Of a stretch of 64,000 bases of DNA, positions 10,330 to 20,553 are shown piece after piece (the stretch's first letter is position 1; each line of letters begins with the position of its first letter). The stretch is from Ignavibacterium sp. Lineage in GTDB: Bacteria > Bacteroidota > Ignavibacteria > Ignavibacteriales > Ignavibacteriaceae. The notes under the pieces were generated by a model. The model worked only from the letters and a program-made list of their open reading frames with translations, was not told where the DNA came from and searched no databases. Where the stretch lies: NCBI GenBank assembly GCA_025056745.1, contig JANWVQ010000082.1, positions 56,696 to 120,695 of the forward strand, in the 5' to 3' direction. The position numbers and the translations under genes are program-made.

Positions 10330-11795
10330 AAAACAATTACCACGATGACTATGTTATTTTATCAGCCTATCTCGATAATGAATTAACTGATGAAGAAAGA
10401 GAGTATATTGAAAACCGTCTGAAAAATTCTGTTGAATTAAGAAACAAACTAGAAGAACTAAAAAAATCAAAAGAACTCGCTCAAAGCCTCAGAAAAGATT
10501 TACAAGAAAATCCATATTTTGAACAAAAAGTAATGTCCGCTTTACTTGAAGAGAAAACAAAAAGTTTTTACGAGTTCAAATGGGTTCCTGTATTTGGTAT
10601 CATTTCATTTTTAATTCTAACAACTTTGTTCTTCTTCAACCTTAAACCAGAATCATTTAAAGAATTGTTTGATAAGAAGTCAGAGAAAACATTAGAATAT
10701 ACCAGCAACTTAAAACCTCTTTTCTTACCTTCAGAAATAACCAATGAGGATCTATTCAATTTCGCATTATATGAAGAAATTCCATTAAAAAATGAAGATA
10801 ATCAAATATTGAAGATCGGATTAGACAATTCAGGGAAGGAATATTTTGAAGTAAAAAAAATTAACACATTTTATCAAAATAATAATCTTCAGAGTTTCTT
10901 ATCAAAATTAAATTTATCAGATATTCAGAAACTAAAGATCGATTCTCTATTTGAAGATTATGCAAATCAACTATCAAAGCATATTCTGATCGGAGACGAT
11001 AATGCGATTGCAATAAATTCTTCAGTTTGGAACCTCAGAAAAGCTTTACTTGCTGATTTTATTTCTTTGACAAGACAATTGGACTCAAAAAATTTTGATA
11101 GGCTCGCCAGTAATTATAATATCCCTGTGCCCAAAAGTAATTTTGCTTGGAACAAAGCAATTAACTCAAATCAAGCAAACAAATACATAGTTTTCACACA
11201 AGACTCTGTCTTCACAAGCGAAATTGAACCAAATGAATTTGCTGATCTAAACAACAGAACATCCAAAATTGATATTGATAGTATATTTATTAAACAAGAG
11301 GGAAAAGTAAAAATCATTAAAAGCCCTGGTTTTGTCCAAATTCAGGTTGAAGAGATTGAAATCCCAGATATTCAAATTCCTGATTTTAATTCATTCATAG
11401 AGTTTGTTGAAAGATCAATTCAAAATCGTTCTAAAGTGAATATCATCAACAATAATAAAATCAGTAACGATAAAAGTGTTAATCAAGACAAAGGAGTTAT
11501 TTATAATCGTTACAATGATATCAATCTCGATTCAATTTTAGAACTTCAAAATAAGAGATTAGAAAATCCATCCAGAAAAACAAGCAGCATCGAGAGAAAT
11601 AAAAAAGACAATCTTCCTCAAGCATCTGAAAAATTAAATGATAATAATTCTAATGAAGAACTAAAAGCTCAAATTGAAAAGTTAAGAGAAGAAATTAGAA
11701 AGTTCAGAGAGCAATTTCATAATTATATTAAAGAAGATTCATTAAAATCAAAAGTTGAGCAAAAACCAGTTATTGATGATCAAATTGAAATTTAG
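10326..11795 (+). CDS. putative anti-sigma factor (single-pass membrane protein with long low-complexity/coiled-coil C-terminal region)
   Basis: ATGA overlap with the sigma gene. The N-terminal YLDNELTDEEREYIENRL helix is typical of anti-sigma N-domains, but there are no Cys residues for a zinc site. One TM segment (VPVFGIISFLILTTLFFF). The remainder is N/K/E/S-rich. Confidence 0.6.
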   Translation: MKNNYHDDYVILSAYLDNELTDEEREYIENRLKNSVELRNKLEELKKSKELAQSLRKDLQENPYFEQKVMSALLEEKTKSFYEFKWVPVFGIISFLILTTLFFFNLKPESFKELFDKKSEKTLEYTSNLKPLFLPSEITNEDLFNFALYEEIPLKNEDNQILKIGLDNSGKEYFEVKKINTFYQNNNLQSFLSKLNLSDIQKLKIDSLFEDYANQLSKHILIGDDNAIAINSSVWNLRKALLADFISLTRQLDSKNFDRLASNYNIPVPKSNFAWNKAINSNQANKYIVFTQDSVFTSEIEPNEFADLNNRTSKIDIDSIFIKQEGKVKIIKSPGFVQIQVEEIEIPDIQIPDFNSFIEFVERSIQNRSKVNIINNNKISNDKSVNQDKGVIYNRYNDINLDSILELQNKRLENPSRKTSSIERNKKDNLPQASEKLNDNNSNEELKAQIEKLREEIRKFREQFHNYIKEDSLKSKVEQKPVIDDQIEI

Positions 11796-12160
11796 TTTGT
11801 AAGTTTTTTAAAATTTTTTTCACTTAATCTTTCAATTCCCTAATTCCCTTTGTTTATAGATTAACTCTTTTTTTATTGTAATTTGTTCAACAAATCAAAG
11901 AATATAATTTTCTAAGTAATCTTATGTTACCATAAATTCATTTGTTAGGTTTTCTTTTCTAAACAGAAAACTATTATTTCAACTGAGTTTCAGGATATTT
12001 TTCACTTAATTAAAGAGAGATGCTTTTACTGCTTATTGATTTGAACTGAAAAGGCTTTCATTAAATTTATTGAACTAAGTTTATCATAATTCTATCTTAT
12101 AAATTTATTAGAATAATCAATTAAATCTCAGGACAATAAATTTAAGAAAGCCCTGTTATG

Positions 12161-14188
12161 TTATTTTCTGTATTTTCTAAACCAATCTAAAACAGTAGCC
12201 CACCAGAGTTTAGAATTTAATGGTTTAGCAACAAAATGTGTCTCATCAGGGAAATAAAGAAATTTTGTATCAACACCTAATCTTTTCAAAGATGTAAATA
12301 ATTGGAATGCTTGTTCTTCAGAAACACGAAAATCGTATGCTCCGTGAACTATTAAAACCGGAGTTTTGCAATTATGAATGTATCTGTGGGGTGACCATTT
12401 GTGATAAACTTCTCTTTTTTCCCAAGGTGTTCCAGTAAATTCCCATTCAGGGAACCAAAGTTCTTCTGTTGTTCCATACATACTTTCAAGGTTAAAAACT
12501 CCTGCGTGAGAAACTAGTGCATTAAATCTATCAGTATGTCCTGCGATCCAATTTATCATATATCCACCATAAGAAGCTCCGGCTGCAAAAGTGTTATTCT
12601 TATCTATGAATGAGAAATTATTTATAGCATAATCATAGGCATTCATTAAATCTTCATAAACTTTACCACCCCAGTCACCAGAGATTTCGTCTGTAAATTT
12701 TTGTCCATAACCTGTTGAACCTCGAGGATTCGGCGCAACGACTACATATCCTTCTGATGCAAACATTTGATAATTCCATCTAAAATGGAAATTATCTTCC
12801 CAAGCACCTTGAGGTCCTCCGTGAATTAAAAATATCATAGGATATTTTTTTGATGGATCGAAAAAGGGTGGTTTTACTAATATTGATTGAACTTTATCGC
12901 CATTTGCTCCGACACTCCAAAAAGTCTCGACAGGATTCATTTCTAACTTTGATAATATATCACTGTTTATTGATGTAATTTGCTTGAGATTTGATCCATT
13001 ACTATTAATTGAGAAAATTTCATAAGGCATTGTTGCTTTTTGTTTAAGAAAGAATAAAATTTTTCCATCATTGCTGAGTTTAATTTGTGCATTATAATTT
13101 TCATTGTGAAATAAAGATATCTTACCAGTAACTAAGTCCAATTTATATATTGAAGTATTAATCTCATTCTGAGCAATGAAGTAAATAAATTTAGAATCAT
13201 TTGACCAGATGTAATCTTCAACAGATCTGTCTAATGTTTCTGTTAAGTTTTTAGTTTTACCAGTTTTTCTATCGTAGAGGATTAAATCTTTCTTATCAGC
13301 TTCAAATCCTGCTCTTTTCATTGACGTCCAGGAGATATATTTACCATCTGGAGAAAAAATTGGTTGACAATCAACACCCTTACTTTCTGACAATAATTTC
13401 GGTGAAGATTTATCATCAAGCTTTAATAGATAAATTTCATTATTTGTGCTGATTGCCGTGCTGAATTCAGGATTCAATGTATAGACAATTTCATTACCAT
13501 CGGGAGAAAAATTAAAATCATTTGAAGAACCAAGTGCAAGCGGTGGGACATCTTCTGTTAATCCTTCATTTAAATCTTTATAAGAATTTGTCTTTAAATC
13601 ATACATAAAAAGATGACTTCTTTTATCGCCTCTCCAATCGTTCCAATGACGATACATTAGTTGCTCAAAAATTTTCGCTTTTACTTTACTGGATTCTGCT
13701 TCTTTGTCTTTACTTTCATTACACTCCTGAGTTTTACAATCGGGATAAACACTTGAAGTGAATAAAATTCTGTTTCCATCATTTGACCATTTATAATCAT
13801 TTACACCGGAGTAAATGTTTGTAATTTGCTTCTCATTTGAACCATCTATATTGCAAGTCCAAATTTGACCATTCTTAATAAACGAGATTAAATTTGAATT
13901 AGGAACGAATCTAGGAGATGACTCGCTTTTCTCTGAAGTTAATATTGCTTTCAATTCTGAGCCATCTGAATTTACAAGATATATATCAGAATTTCCTTTG
14001 TTTGTCTCAAAACTGAAAGAGGTTGCAGCAAAAACTATTTTACTGCCATCTGAATTAATATCAAAAGTTGAGATTCTTTTTAATGCCCATAAATCATCTA
14101 TTGTTATCGCGCGTTTTTGAGCAATTATAATTTGAGAAGTCAAAATGATAAGAAGAGATATTACGAAATATTTGAATCTATTGTACAT
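12161..14188 (-). CDS. S9 family serine peptidase (beta-propeller plus prolyl oligopeptidase/DPP-type catalytic domain), secreted
   Basis: 675 aa. Signal-like N-terminus and TolB/WD40-like repeats (SPDG...). Nucleophile elbow GASYGGYM, with the C-terminal HGAYDFRV and ETHF Asp/His region. Confidence 0.85.
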   Translation of the reverse strand: MYNRFKYFVISLLIILTSQIIIAQKRAITIDDLWALKRISTFDINSDGSKIVFAATSFSFETNKGNSDIYLVNSDGSELKAILTSEKSESSPRFVPNSNLISFIKNGQIWTCNIDGSNEKQITNIYSGVNDYKWSNDGNRILFTSSVYPDCKTQECNESKDKEAESSKVKAKIFEQLMYRHWNDWRGDKRSHLFMYDLKTNSYKDLNEGLTEDVPPLALGSSNDFNFSPDGNEIVYTLNPEFSTAISTNNEIYLLKLDDKSSPKLLSESKGVDCQPIFSPDGKYISWTSMKRAGFEADKKDLILYDRKTGKTKNLTETLDRSVEDYIWSNDSKFIYFIAQNEINTSIYKLDLVTGKISLFHNENYNAQIKLSNDGKILFFLKQKATMPYEIFSINSNGSNLKQITSINSDILSKLEMNPVETFWSVGANGDKVQSILVKPPFFDPSKKYPMIFLIHGGPQGAWEDNFHFRWNYQMFASEGYVVVAPNPRGSTGYGQKFTDEISGDWGGKVYEDLMNAYDYAINNFSFIDKNNTFAAGASYGGYMINWIAGHTDRFNALVSHAGVFNLESMYGTTEELWFPEWEFTGTPWEKREVYHKWSPHRYIHNCKTPVLIVHGAYDFRVSEEQAFQLFTSLKRLGVDTKFLYFPDETHFVAKPLNSKLWWATVLDWFRKYRK

Positions 14189-14319
14189 ATTGTCTCCGAT
14201 TTAATTTATTGATTGTTTCAAAAATAAATCTGAACATAAACAAAGGAAAGAAATATCTTAAACCGTAAAGAAGATTTTATTCCTCTTTTAACTAAATTTG
14301 CTTATCAAAAAGAACTAAT

Positions 14320-15033
14320 ATGAAAGAAAACAACAAAATACTACTCCCCGGCGGATTTAAACAGTTTAGAATTCTTAAACAAAAGTGCGACCTAAATAAT
14401 AAGAAAATCTTAATTATTGGTGAATCATCAGAGAAAATTGCTGAAAAGTTTATCTTAGAAGGCGCTGAATCAGTAGATGTAATAGTAAGAGATTATGAGT
14501 CTTTAATTCATTCTAAATTAAATATCGAGTTAAACGAAAAAATATCAATAAGAATAAATGACTTTGAAAACACTGACTTCGAGGAAAACCGTTTTGATAT
14601 TGTTTATTCTCAAGCATCATTAACCAACACAAACCGAAAGAATACAATTAAAGAAATTAAAAGAATATTAAAATCAAATGGAATACTTTGCATATCAGAG
14701 ATAACAAAACTTAAATCTAAAATACCCACTTTTGTTCAGAACATTTTCGAACAATCAGAGATGATTCCTCTTCTTCAAAGTGAATTTGAACAATATTTTA
14801 CATCGAAAGGGTTTGAAATAATTTATAAACAAGATTTAACATCTTCATTAAAAGATTTTTATCAAAGCACTCAAAGAGAACTTATCGAATACTTAAAAAG
14901 TTCTTCAGAAAAAGAAAAAAACTTTTACAAAAAATTATTAAATAAAATAAGTCACGAATCAAATGCTTATCTTAAATTAGGTGCTGACAAATACATCGGA
15001 CTTAATCTTTTAATTATGAAAAATATTAAATAG
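14320..15033 (+). CDS. class I SAM-dependent methyltransferase-like protein
   Basis: 237 aa. FDIVYSQASL and LKSNGILCISE resemble post-I/II methyltransferase motifs. The glycine-rich motif I is atypical (ILIIGESSE), so the call is tentative. Confidence 0.6.
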   Translation: MKENNKILLPGGFKQFRILKQKCDLNNKKILIIGESSEKIAEKFILEGAESVDVIVRDYESLIHSKLNIELNEKISIRINDFENTDFEENRFDIVYSQASLTNTNRKNTIKEIKRILKSNGILCISEITKLKSKIPTFVQNIFEQSEMIPLLQSEFEQYFTSKGFEIIYKQDLTSSLKDFYQSTQRELIEYLKSSSEKEKNFYKKLLNKISHESNAYLKLGADKYIGLNLLIMKNIK

Positions 15034-15045
15034 AGGAGATAAACT

Positions 15046-15411
15046 ATGCCAACACTTTCAATAATATTTGGAATTATTCTTGTAATAATTGGAATAATAG
15101 GATATTTCGGAATTAGCAGTGAAAGCATAACTGCCTTGATTCCAGCATTCCTCGGACTTCCTATTACAATACTTGGAGTATTAGGATTAAATGAAAATCG
15201 TCTTAAAACAACAATGCATATCGCTTCTGTTTTAATGTTACTCGGATTTCTTGGGACTATCAGAGGATTGTTAAAATTCTTCAGTATGATTGGAGGTGCG
15301 GAAGTTGAACGACCAGCTGCTGTTATAGTTCAAGCAATTATGGCAATTTTGTGTCTGATATTTTTAATTTTTGCGGTCAAATCTTTCATTGATGCAAGAA
15401 GAAATAAATAA
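15046..15411 (+). CDS. small integral membrane protein (four predicted TM segments)
   Basis: 121 aa, almost entirely hydrophobic helices. GGAG lies 8 nt upstream of the ATG. No recognisable family. Confidence 0.5.
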   Translation: MPTLSIIFGIILVIIGIIGYFGISSESITALIPAFLGLPITILGVLGLNENRLKTTMHIASVLMLLGFLGTIRGLLKFFSMIGGAEVERPAAVIVQAIMAILCLIFLIFAVKSFIDARRNK

Positions 15412-15430
15412 ACTTTTTAAGGGAAAACAA

Positions 15431-18031
15431 ATGAAAATTAAAACAATTTTAATTTTTACTTTATTGATTACGTTAGCTGTTGGAACTTTTGTTTTTTTCA
15501 ACTTTCATTTAAAATCAAAACCGAAGAAAACCTCTGGCGCTTTACAAGCAATGCAATTTTGGACTGAGAGAAGAGCTTATCCAAATGATGACATTATACC
15601 TGATGCTTATTTTAGAGCTTACAATTTAGCTAAATCCAATTTGAAAAAAATAAATTCAAATTATCAGTGGCAAGAAATAGGTCCTCATAATATTGGTGGA
15701 AGAACTCTTGATGTCGAATTTAATCCTTTCAATCCAAATACAATTTTCGCAGCAGCAGCAAGTGGTGGAATTTGGAGAAGCTACACTGCCGGAGTTGGAG
15801 TTAAAGCTTGGACAAGAATTGAAACGGGTTTTCCTGTCTTGGGAGTTAGTTCAATCGCTATTTCTCCAATTGACTCAAACGTAATTTTAATAGGCACCGG
15901 AGAAGTTTATAACTATAAACAAGCTCTTGGTGGAGAGGTTATAAGAACAACTCGAGGCAGTTACGGAATAGGAATTCTAAGAACAACAAATTATGGTGCT
16001 ACTTGGACAAAAGTTCTTGACTGGTCTTATAATCAAGAACGTGGAGTTAATGATGTTGAATTTGATAAAAATAATCCAAACTTTGCTTGGGCTGCTACAA
16101 CTGAAGGTGTATTTAGATCTACAGATGGCGGACAAAACTGGGACATTGTGAATAATACAATTATGGCTATTGATATTGCCATCCATCCAGATAGCAGCAA
16201 TATAGTTTTCGCAACTTTTGGAAATTTTTCCACTGCAGGTCACGGTATTTATAAGACCACAAATTTTGGCGCAACTTGGCAAAAGTTGACTAATGGTCTG
16301 CCTGCAACCTTTGGTGGTAAAGCTCATCTTTCAATTCATCAAGCTAATCCACAGATTATTTATGCTTCAATCGGGAATGGCTCTTCATCAGGAGCTGGAA
16401 CTTGGTTATGCAAGTCTACTAATGGTGGGAGCACTTGGTCAATAGTAAATACAACAGATTACGCAACGTATCAAGGTTGGTTTTCTCATTGGGTTGGCGT
16501 CCATCCAACTAACGAAAATTTTGTCTTAGCTGGCGGCATTGATATTTGGAAATCTACAGATGGTGGAACTAACTTAGTTAAGAAAACTGATTGGGCTGCT
16601 TGGTATTTCGGTTCAACTCCAATTGGTGGTCCAGAAGGTCCACCAAATTATGTTCACGCTGATCAACATTCAATAACTTATCATCCAACAAATCCAAACA
16701 TTATTTACTTTGGAACCGATGGAGGTGTATTTAGAACAACTGATGGTGGAGAGACATTTCAAGGTTGTAATGGAAGTTATCAAACAACTCAATTCTATAA
16801 TGGATTTTCTTCTGCTGATAACAACGTTAATCTTGCAATAGGTGGAATGCAAGATAATGCTACTGCTATTTACCAAGGCTCATTTGCTTGGTATCGAGTA
16901 ATTGGTGGAGATGGTTGTCAAACAGGAATAAATCAAAATAACACAAACATATTATATGGTTCTTCACAATATCTTAGTATATATCGCAGCACAAATCGAG
17001 GTATAAATTGGACAAATATTACACCATCAAGTGATAACCCAGCGTTTGTTGCTCCTTTTGTTGTTTGCAGATCAAACCCAAATGTCATCTATGCAGGAAG
17101 TAGAAAACTTCATAAATCAACAAATGGCGGGACAAACTGGACAGCTATGAATAATAATACCGCTATTGATGGTAATCCAATTTTATCAATTGGTGTTTCC
17201 GCAACTTCAACTGATACATTATATATTGCTACTGCCCCAATATCATCGCGAGCAAAAGTTTTTAGAAGTACTAACGGCGGAGTTTCATTTACAAACATAA
17301 CAGGGAATTTACCTGATAGATATCCAGATGATATTGCTGTTGATCCAACAAATTCAAAAATTGTTTACATTGTTTTCAGTGGCTTTGGAACTTCTCATCT
17401 TTTCAAATCAACAAATGGTGGTGAAAGCTGGATTGATATTGGCTCGCAACTACCTGATGTTCCTTCAAGTGCAATAGCAATTAATCCTAATAACCCTAAT
17501 CAATTATTCTTCGGCAATGATATTGGCGTTTATTTTTCACCAGATGCAGGCAATAATTGGTACAGTGTTAATAATGAACTTCCTTATGGTTGTTTGGTAA
17601 TTGATATAAATATTCCGACGAGTGGAGATATTGTTAGAGTTGCGACACACGGAAACGGAGTTTATCAAGCTTCTTTAAGTCAAATAATCTCTGGGATTGA
17701 TGAAGATGAAATCATAGTTAAAAGTTTTCATTTGGAACAAAACTATCCTAATCCATTCAATCCATTTACTACAATAAGATTTACTATACCAGATATTAAT
17801 ATTAGCTTTTCTAAAAATTCTGAAAACAATCTCGTTCAAAATGAAAAGAAAGTTACTCTAAAAATCTATGATGTAACCGGCAAAGAAATATCAACACTTG
17901 TAAACGAAACAAAACAAGCAGGCACTTATGAAGTAAAATTTGATGCATCCAATTTAACAAGTGGAGTTTACTTTTATCAGTTGAAAGTCGGAAATTATTC
18001 TGAAACTAAAAAGATGGTTTTGCTTAGATGA
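15431..18031 (+). CDS. BNR/Asp-box repeat beta-propeller protein with T9SS C-terminal sorting domain
   Basis: There are 7 or more Asp-box motifs (STDGGQNW, STNGGSTW, STDGGTN, TTDGGETF, STNGGTNW, STNGGVSF, STNGGESW). Signal peptide begins at MKIKTILIF. C-terminus reads NYPNPFNP...GVYFYQL...KKMVLLR. The track ORF begins at TTG 15371 inside the previous gene, so I use ATG 15431. Confidence 0.8.
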   Translation: MKIKTILIFTLLITLAVGTFVFFNFHLKSKPKKTSGALQAMQFWTERRAYPNDDIIPDAYFRAYNLAKSNLKKINSNYQWQEIGPHNIGGRTLDVEFNPFNPNTIFAAAASGGIWRSYTAGVGVKAWTRIETGFPVLGVSSIAISPIDSNVILIGTGEVYNYKQALGGEVIRTTRGSYGIGILRTTNYGATWTKVLDWSYNQERGVNDVEFDKNNPNFAWAATTEGVFRSTDGGQNWDIVNNTIMAIDIAIHPDSSNIVFATFGNFSTAGHGIYKTTNFGATWQKLTNGLPATFGGKAHLSIHQANPQIIYASIGNGSSSGAGTWLCKSTNGGSTWSIVNTTDYATYQGWFSHWVGVHPTNENFVLAGGIDIWKSTDGGTNLVKKTDWAAWYFGSTPIGGPEGPPNYVHADQHSITYHPTNPNIIYFGTDGGVFRTTDGGETFQGCNGSYQTTQFYNGFSSADNNVNLAIGGMQDNATAIYQGSFAWYRVIGGDGCQTGINQNNTNILYGSSQYLSIYRSTNRGINWTNITPSSDNPAFVAPFVVCRSNPNVIYAGSRKLHKSTNGGTNWTAMNNNTAIDGNPILSIGVSATSTDTLYIATAPISSRAKVFRSTNGGVSFTNITGNLPDRYPDDIAVDPTNSKIVYIVFSGFGTSHLFKSTNGGESWIDIGSQLPDVPSSAIAINPNNPNQLFFGNDIGVYFSPDAGNNWYSVNNELPYGCLVIDINIPTSGDIVRVATHGNGVYQASLSQIISGIDEDEIIVKSFHLEQNYPNPFNPFTTIRFTIPDINISFSKNSENNLVQNEKKVTLKIYDVTGKEISTLVNETKQAGTYEVKFDASNLTSGVYFYQLKVGNYSETKKMVLLR

Positions 18032-19362
18032 AAAAAATATTATTACAAATTTTTATTCTTCTTTTATTTTTTAGTTGTTCTGAAAAAAAAGAAATAAATA
18101 AAAAATCACAATTGGAAATTAAAATGAATTCAATTGCTGAAGATTACGTTCGTCTCGCGCTCAAAATCGATAAATACGATCCCGATTTTGTTGATGCATA
18201 CTTCGGACCTAATAATTTAAAACCAGATACAGTTCATTCAACTTTTAATCAAACTGTTTTTGAAGAATTAAATCAACAAGTTAATAAGCTGCTGGATGAA
18301 ATGGAGTCGTTGTCTGAATTTCCTGCAAACAAGATTGAAAGACAAAGATATACTTTCTTATATAAACAACTTCTTGCTTGTAAAACAAGAATCTTTATGT
18401 TAAATGGAATGTCTTTAACTTTCGAAGAAGAATTAAATGCTCTCTATGATATCGAAATTGATTATAAAGATGAAAACTACTTTGATCAACTTTTAGAAGA
18501 ACTTGATAAACTTTTGCCGGGTAATGGTAATATTTATGAAAGATACAATTCATTTAGAGAAAACTTTAAAGTTCCTGAAGAAAAATTAGAAAGTGTTTTT
18601 AGAAAAGCAATTGATGAGTGCAGAAATAGGACAAGAAAGTTTATCAATTTACCACCCAATGAAAAATTTGATCTTAAATTTGTAAAAAACAAACCTTGGA
18701 GCGCTTATAACTGGTTCAAGGGAAATTCATTCAGCTTAATTGAAATCAACACCGACTTACCAATTTATGTTGATCGAATAATTGATTTGGCTGCGCACGA
18801 AGGATATCCCGGACATCACGTGCATCATACAATGATGGAGTGGAACCTTTATAAGAGAAAAAATTGGATAGAATTTTCAATTTATATTCTTTTCTCTCCA
18901 CAGTCATTGATTGCAGAAGGCGTTGCCAATTACGGCCTTGAATTATTATTCCCTGAAGAAGATAGAATTAAATTTGAAAAAGAGAATATATTCCAGTTAA
19001 GTGGATTAGATTCATCAAAAGCAGAATTATATTATCACGTTATGACTATCATTAACAAATTGAATTATAGTATAAACCTTGCAGCAAAGAATTTCCTCGA
19101 TGGTAAGTGGGATGAAAACAAAACTATTGATTGGTTAAAAAAATATAACCTAAGAACAGATGAATCTGCTAAGAAACTCATTTCATTTATTAAAAGATAT
19201 AGAGCTTACGTTGTCAATTACTCTGCAGGATATGATTTGATAAAATCTTATATTGAAAATGCAGATTCAAAAGAAGGGAAATGGAAATTATTTAATGAAA
19301 TCATATCTAATCCCATTGTTCCCAGTCATTTAGAAAAAACTGTTTATGAAAAAAGAGAATAA
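18028..19362 (+). CDS. DUF885-like lipoprotein (putative metallopeptidase fold)
   Basis: Lipobox LLFFSC. The HEGYPGHH motif is typical of DUF885. ATGA overlap with the upstream BNR gene. Confidence 0.6.
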   Translation: MKKILLQIFILLLFFSCSEKKEINKKSQLEIKMNSIAEDYVRLALKIDKYDPDFVDAYFGPNNLKPDTVHSTFNQTVFEELNQQVNKLLDEMESLSEFPANKIERQRYTFLYKQLLACKTRIFMLNGMSLTFEEELNALYDIEIDYKDENYFDQLLEELDKLLPGNGNIYERYNSFRENFKVPEEKLESVFRKAIDECRNRTRKFINLPPNEKFDLKFVKNKPWSAYNWFKGNSFSLIEINTDLPIYVDRIIDLAAHEGYPGHHVHHTMMEWNLYKRKNWIEFSIYILFSPQSLIAEGVANYGLELLFPEEDRIKFEKENIFQLSGLDSSKAELYYHVMTIINKLNYSINLAAKNFLDGKWDENKTIDWLKKYNLRTDESAKKLISFIKRYRAYVVNYSAGYDLIKSYIENADSKEGKWKLFNEIISNPIVPSHLEKTVYEKRE

Positions 19363-20500
19363 CGGTTTTATAAAATTTTTTATAACAACTATCGGGATAA
19401 CGATAATTGCAATTGTGCTAAGAGAACTTAGTCACATATTTATCCCATTAATAATAGCTTTCTTTCTCTACTTCTTCTTTGAACCACTAAATAATTTCCT
19501 CGAATCTAAGAAAATTCCCGGCTTATTCATTACTCTTTTAGATATAGCAATAACAATTTTAATTTTGTATACAGTTGGAAGAGTAATATTTGATTCTTTT
19601 GTTCAATTTTCTGAAGGCTTTCCAGAATATTCTAAAAAACTTTCTGAAATAGTTAGAAACGTTTCAAAAGATCTCGGAATAAAAGATCCTTTTTTCAGAT
19701 ATTTTTCTTTTGAAAAACTAGTTAAATCAATAGATCTTCAAAGTTTGGCTGGTGGACTTTTTACCTCAACAATGGATTTACTTGGTAGTGTTTTGTTTGT
19801 TTTATTCTTTTTTGTTTTTGTTTTATCTGGTGAAAAAAACATTTATGAAGCAATTAAGAGTTATTATATCAAAAAAAAAGTTAAACCAGAGTTAAAGAAA
19901 ATTTTGGAAGAGAAATCAGGTGATACTGAAAATAACATTCAGAATGAACTGAAAGTTGAATTAAATCAAATTAAAATCCAAAAAGAAACAGAGCTTGAAA
20001 ACACATTCAAAGAAATTACCATTCAGATACAAAAATATATCATAACAAAATTTCTGATAAATCTTCTTGCCGGTGGAATTACAACATTATCACTTCATCT
20101 TTATGGTTTAGATTACCCGGTAATTTGGGGATTATTTGTTTTCCTTTTCAATTTTATTCCAACCATTGGCTCTGCAGCAGCTTTGATACTCCCAGTTTTA
20201 TTCTCTGCAGTTCAATTTGATTCTTTGAGTTCAACACTATTTGTCTTAATTATTATGATAATCATTCAAACAGTAGCTTTCAATGTTGCAGAGCCGATGG
20301 TGATAGGAAATAGGCTTAATTTAAATCCACTTATAATTTTGTTGTCCGTTTTGATTTGGGGTTATATTTGGGGAATTGTTGGTATGCTTCTATCCGTACC
20401 AATTACTGCAATTATTAAAATAATAATTTCAAATTCTAAATCTGAAAATCTTGTTTTCTTAAGTGATATAATGAGTCAAAAGAGGGGCACGAGAGTTTAA
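19346..20500 (+). CDS. AI-2E family transporter (PerM/YhhT-like permease)
   Basis: 384 aa, multi-TM. The conserved C-terminal GMLLSVPITAIIKI block is present, and a charged insert lies mid-protein. Confidence 0.8.
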   Translation: MKKENNGFIKFFITTIGITIIAIVLRELSHIFIPLIIAFFLYFFFEPLNNFLESKKIPGLFITLLDIAITILILYTVGRVIFDSFVQFSEGFPEYSKKLSEIVRNVSKDLGIKDPFFRYFSFEKLVKSIDLQSLAGGLFTSTMDLLGSVLFVLFFFVFVLSGEKNIYEAIKSYYIKKKVKPELKKILEEKSGDTENNIQNELKVELNQIKIQKETELENTFKEITIQIQKYIITKFLINLLAGGITTLSLHLYGLDYPVIWGLFVFLFNFIPTIGSAAALILPVLFSAVQFDSLSSTLFVLIIMIIIQTVAFNVAEPMVIGNRLNLNPLIILLSVLIWGYIWGIVGMLLSVPITAIIKIIISNSKSENLVFLSDIMSQKRGTRV

Positions 20501-20530
20501 AAAAAAGACGCTCGCACAAAAGGGAGCGTC
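20499..20530 (-). terminator. rho-independent terminator of the RRM gene
   Basis: On the minus strand, GACGCTC-(10 nt)-GAGCGTC is followed by eight T (the complement of A-run 20499-20506). It sits in the convergent gap and overlaps the stop of the AI-2E gene. Confidence 0.7.
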
Positions 20531-20553
20531 CATCAATTAGCATTAAACTAACA

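Noticed and set aside
15371-15430. TTG-initiated 20-codon extension of the BNR protein ORF
   Set aside because: It overlaps the end of the preceding membrane-protein gene. The signal peptide begins at ATG 15431, which is preceded by a purine-rich site.
15977-16327. Antisense or alternate-frame ORFs inside long genes (15977-16327, 16033-16233, 16670-16876, 17110-17298, 42628-43011, 37094-37369, 38398-38637, 34168-34413, 34777-35010, 60216-60461, 61330-61578 and similar)
   Set aside because: Each is fully embedded in a gene with strong family motifs on the other frame or strand. Their translations are Cys/Ser/Ile-rich low-complexity sequence typical of chance ORFs in AT-rich DNA.
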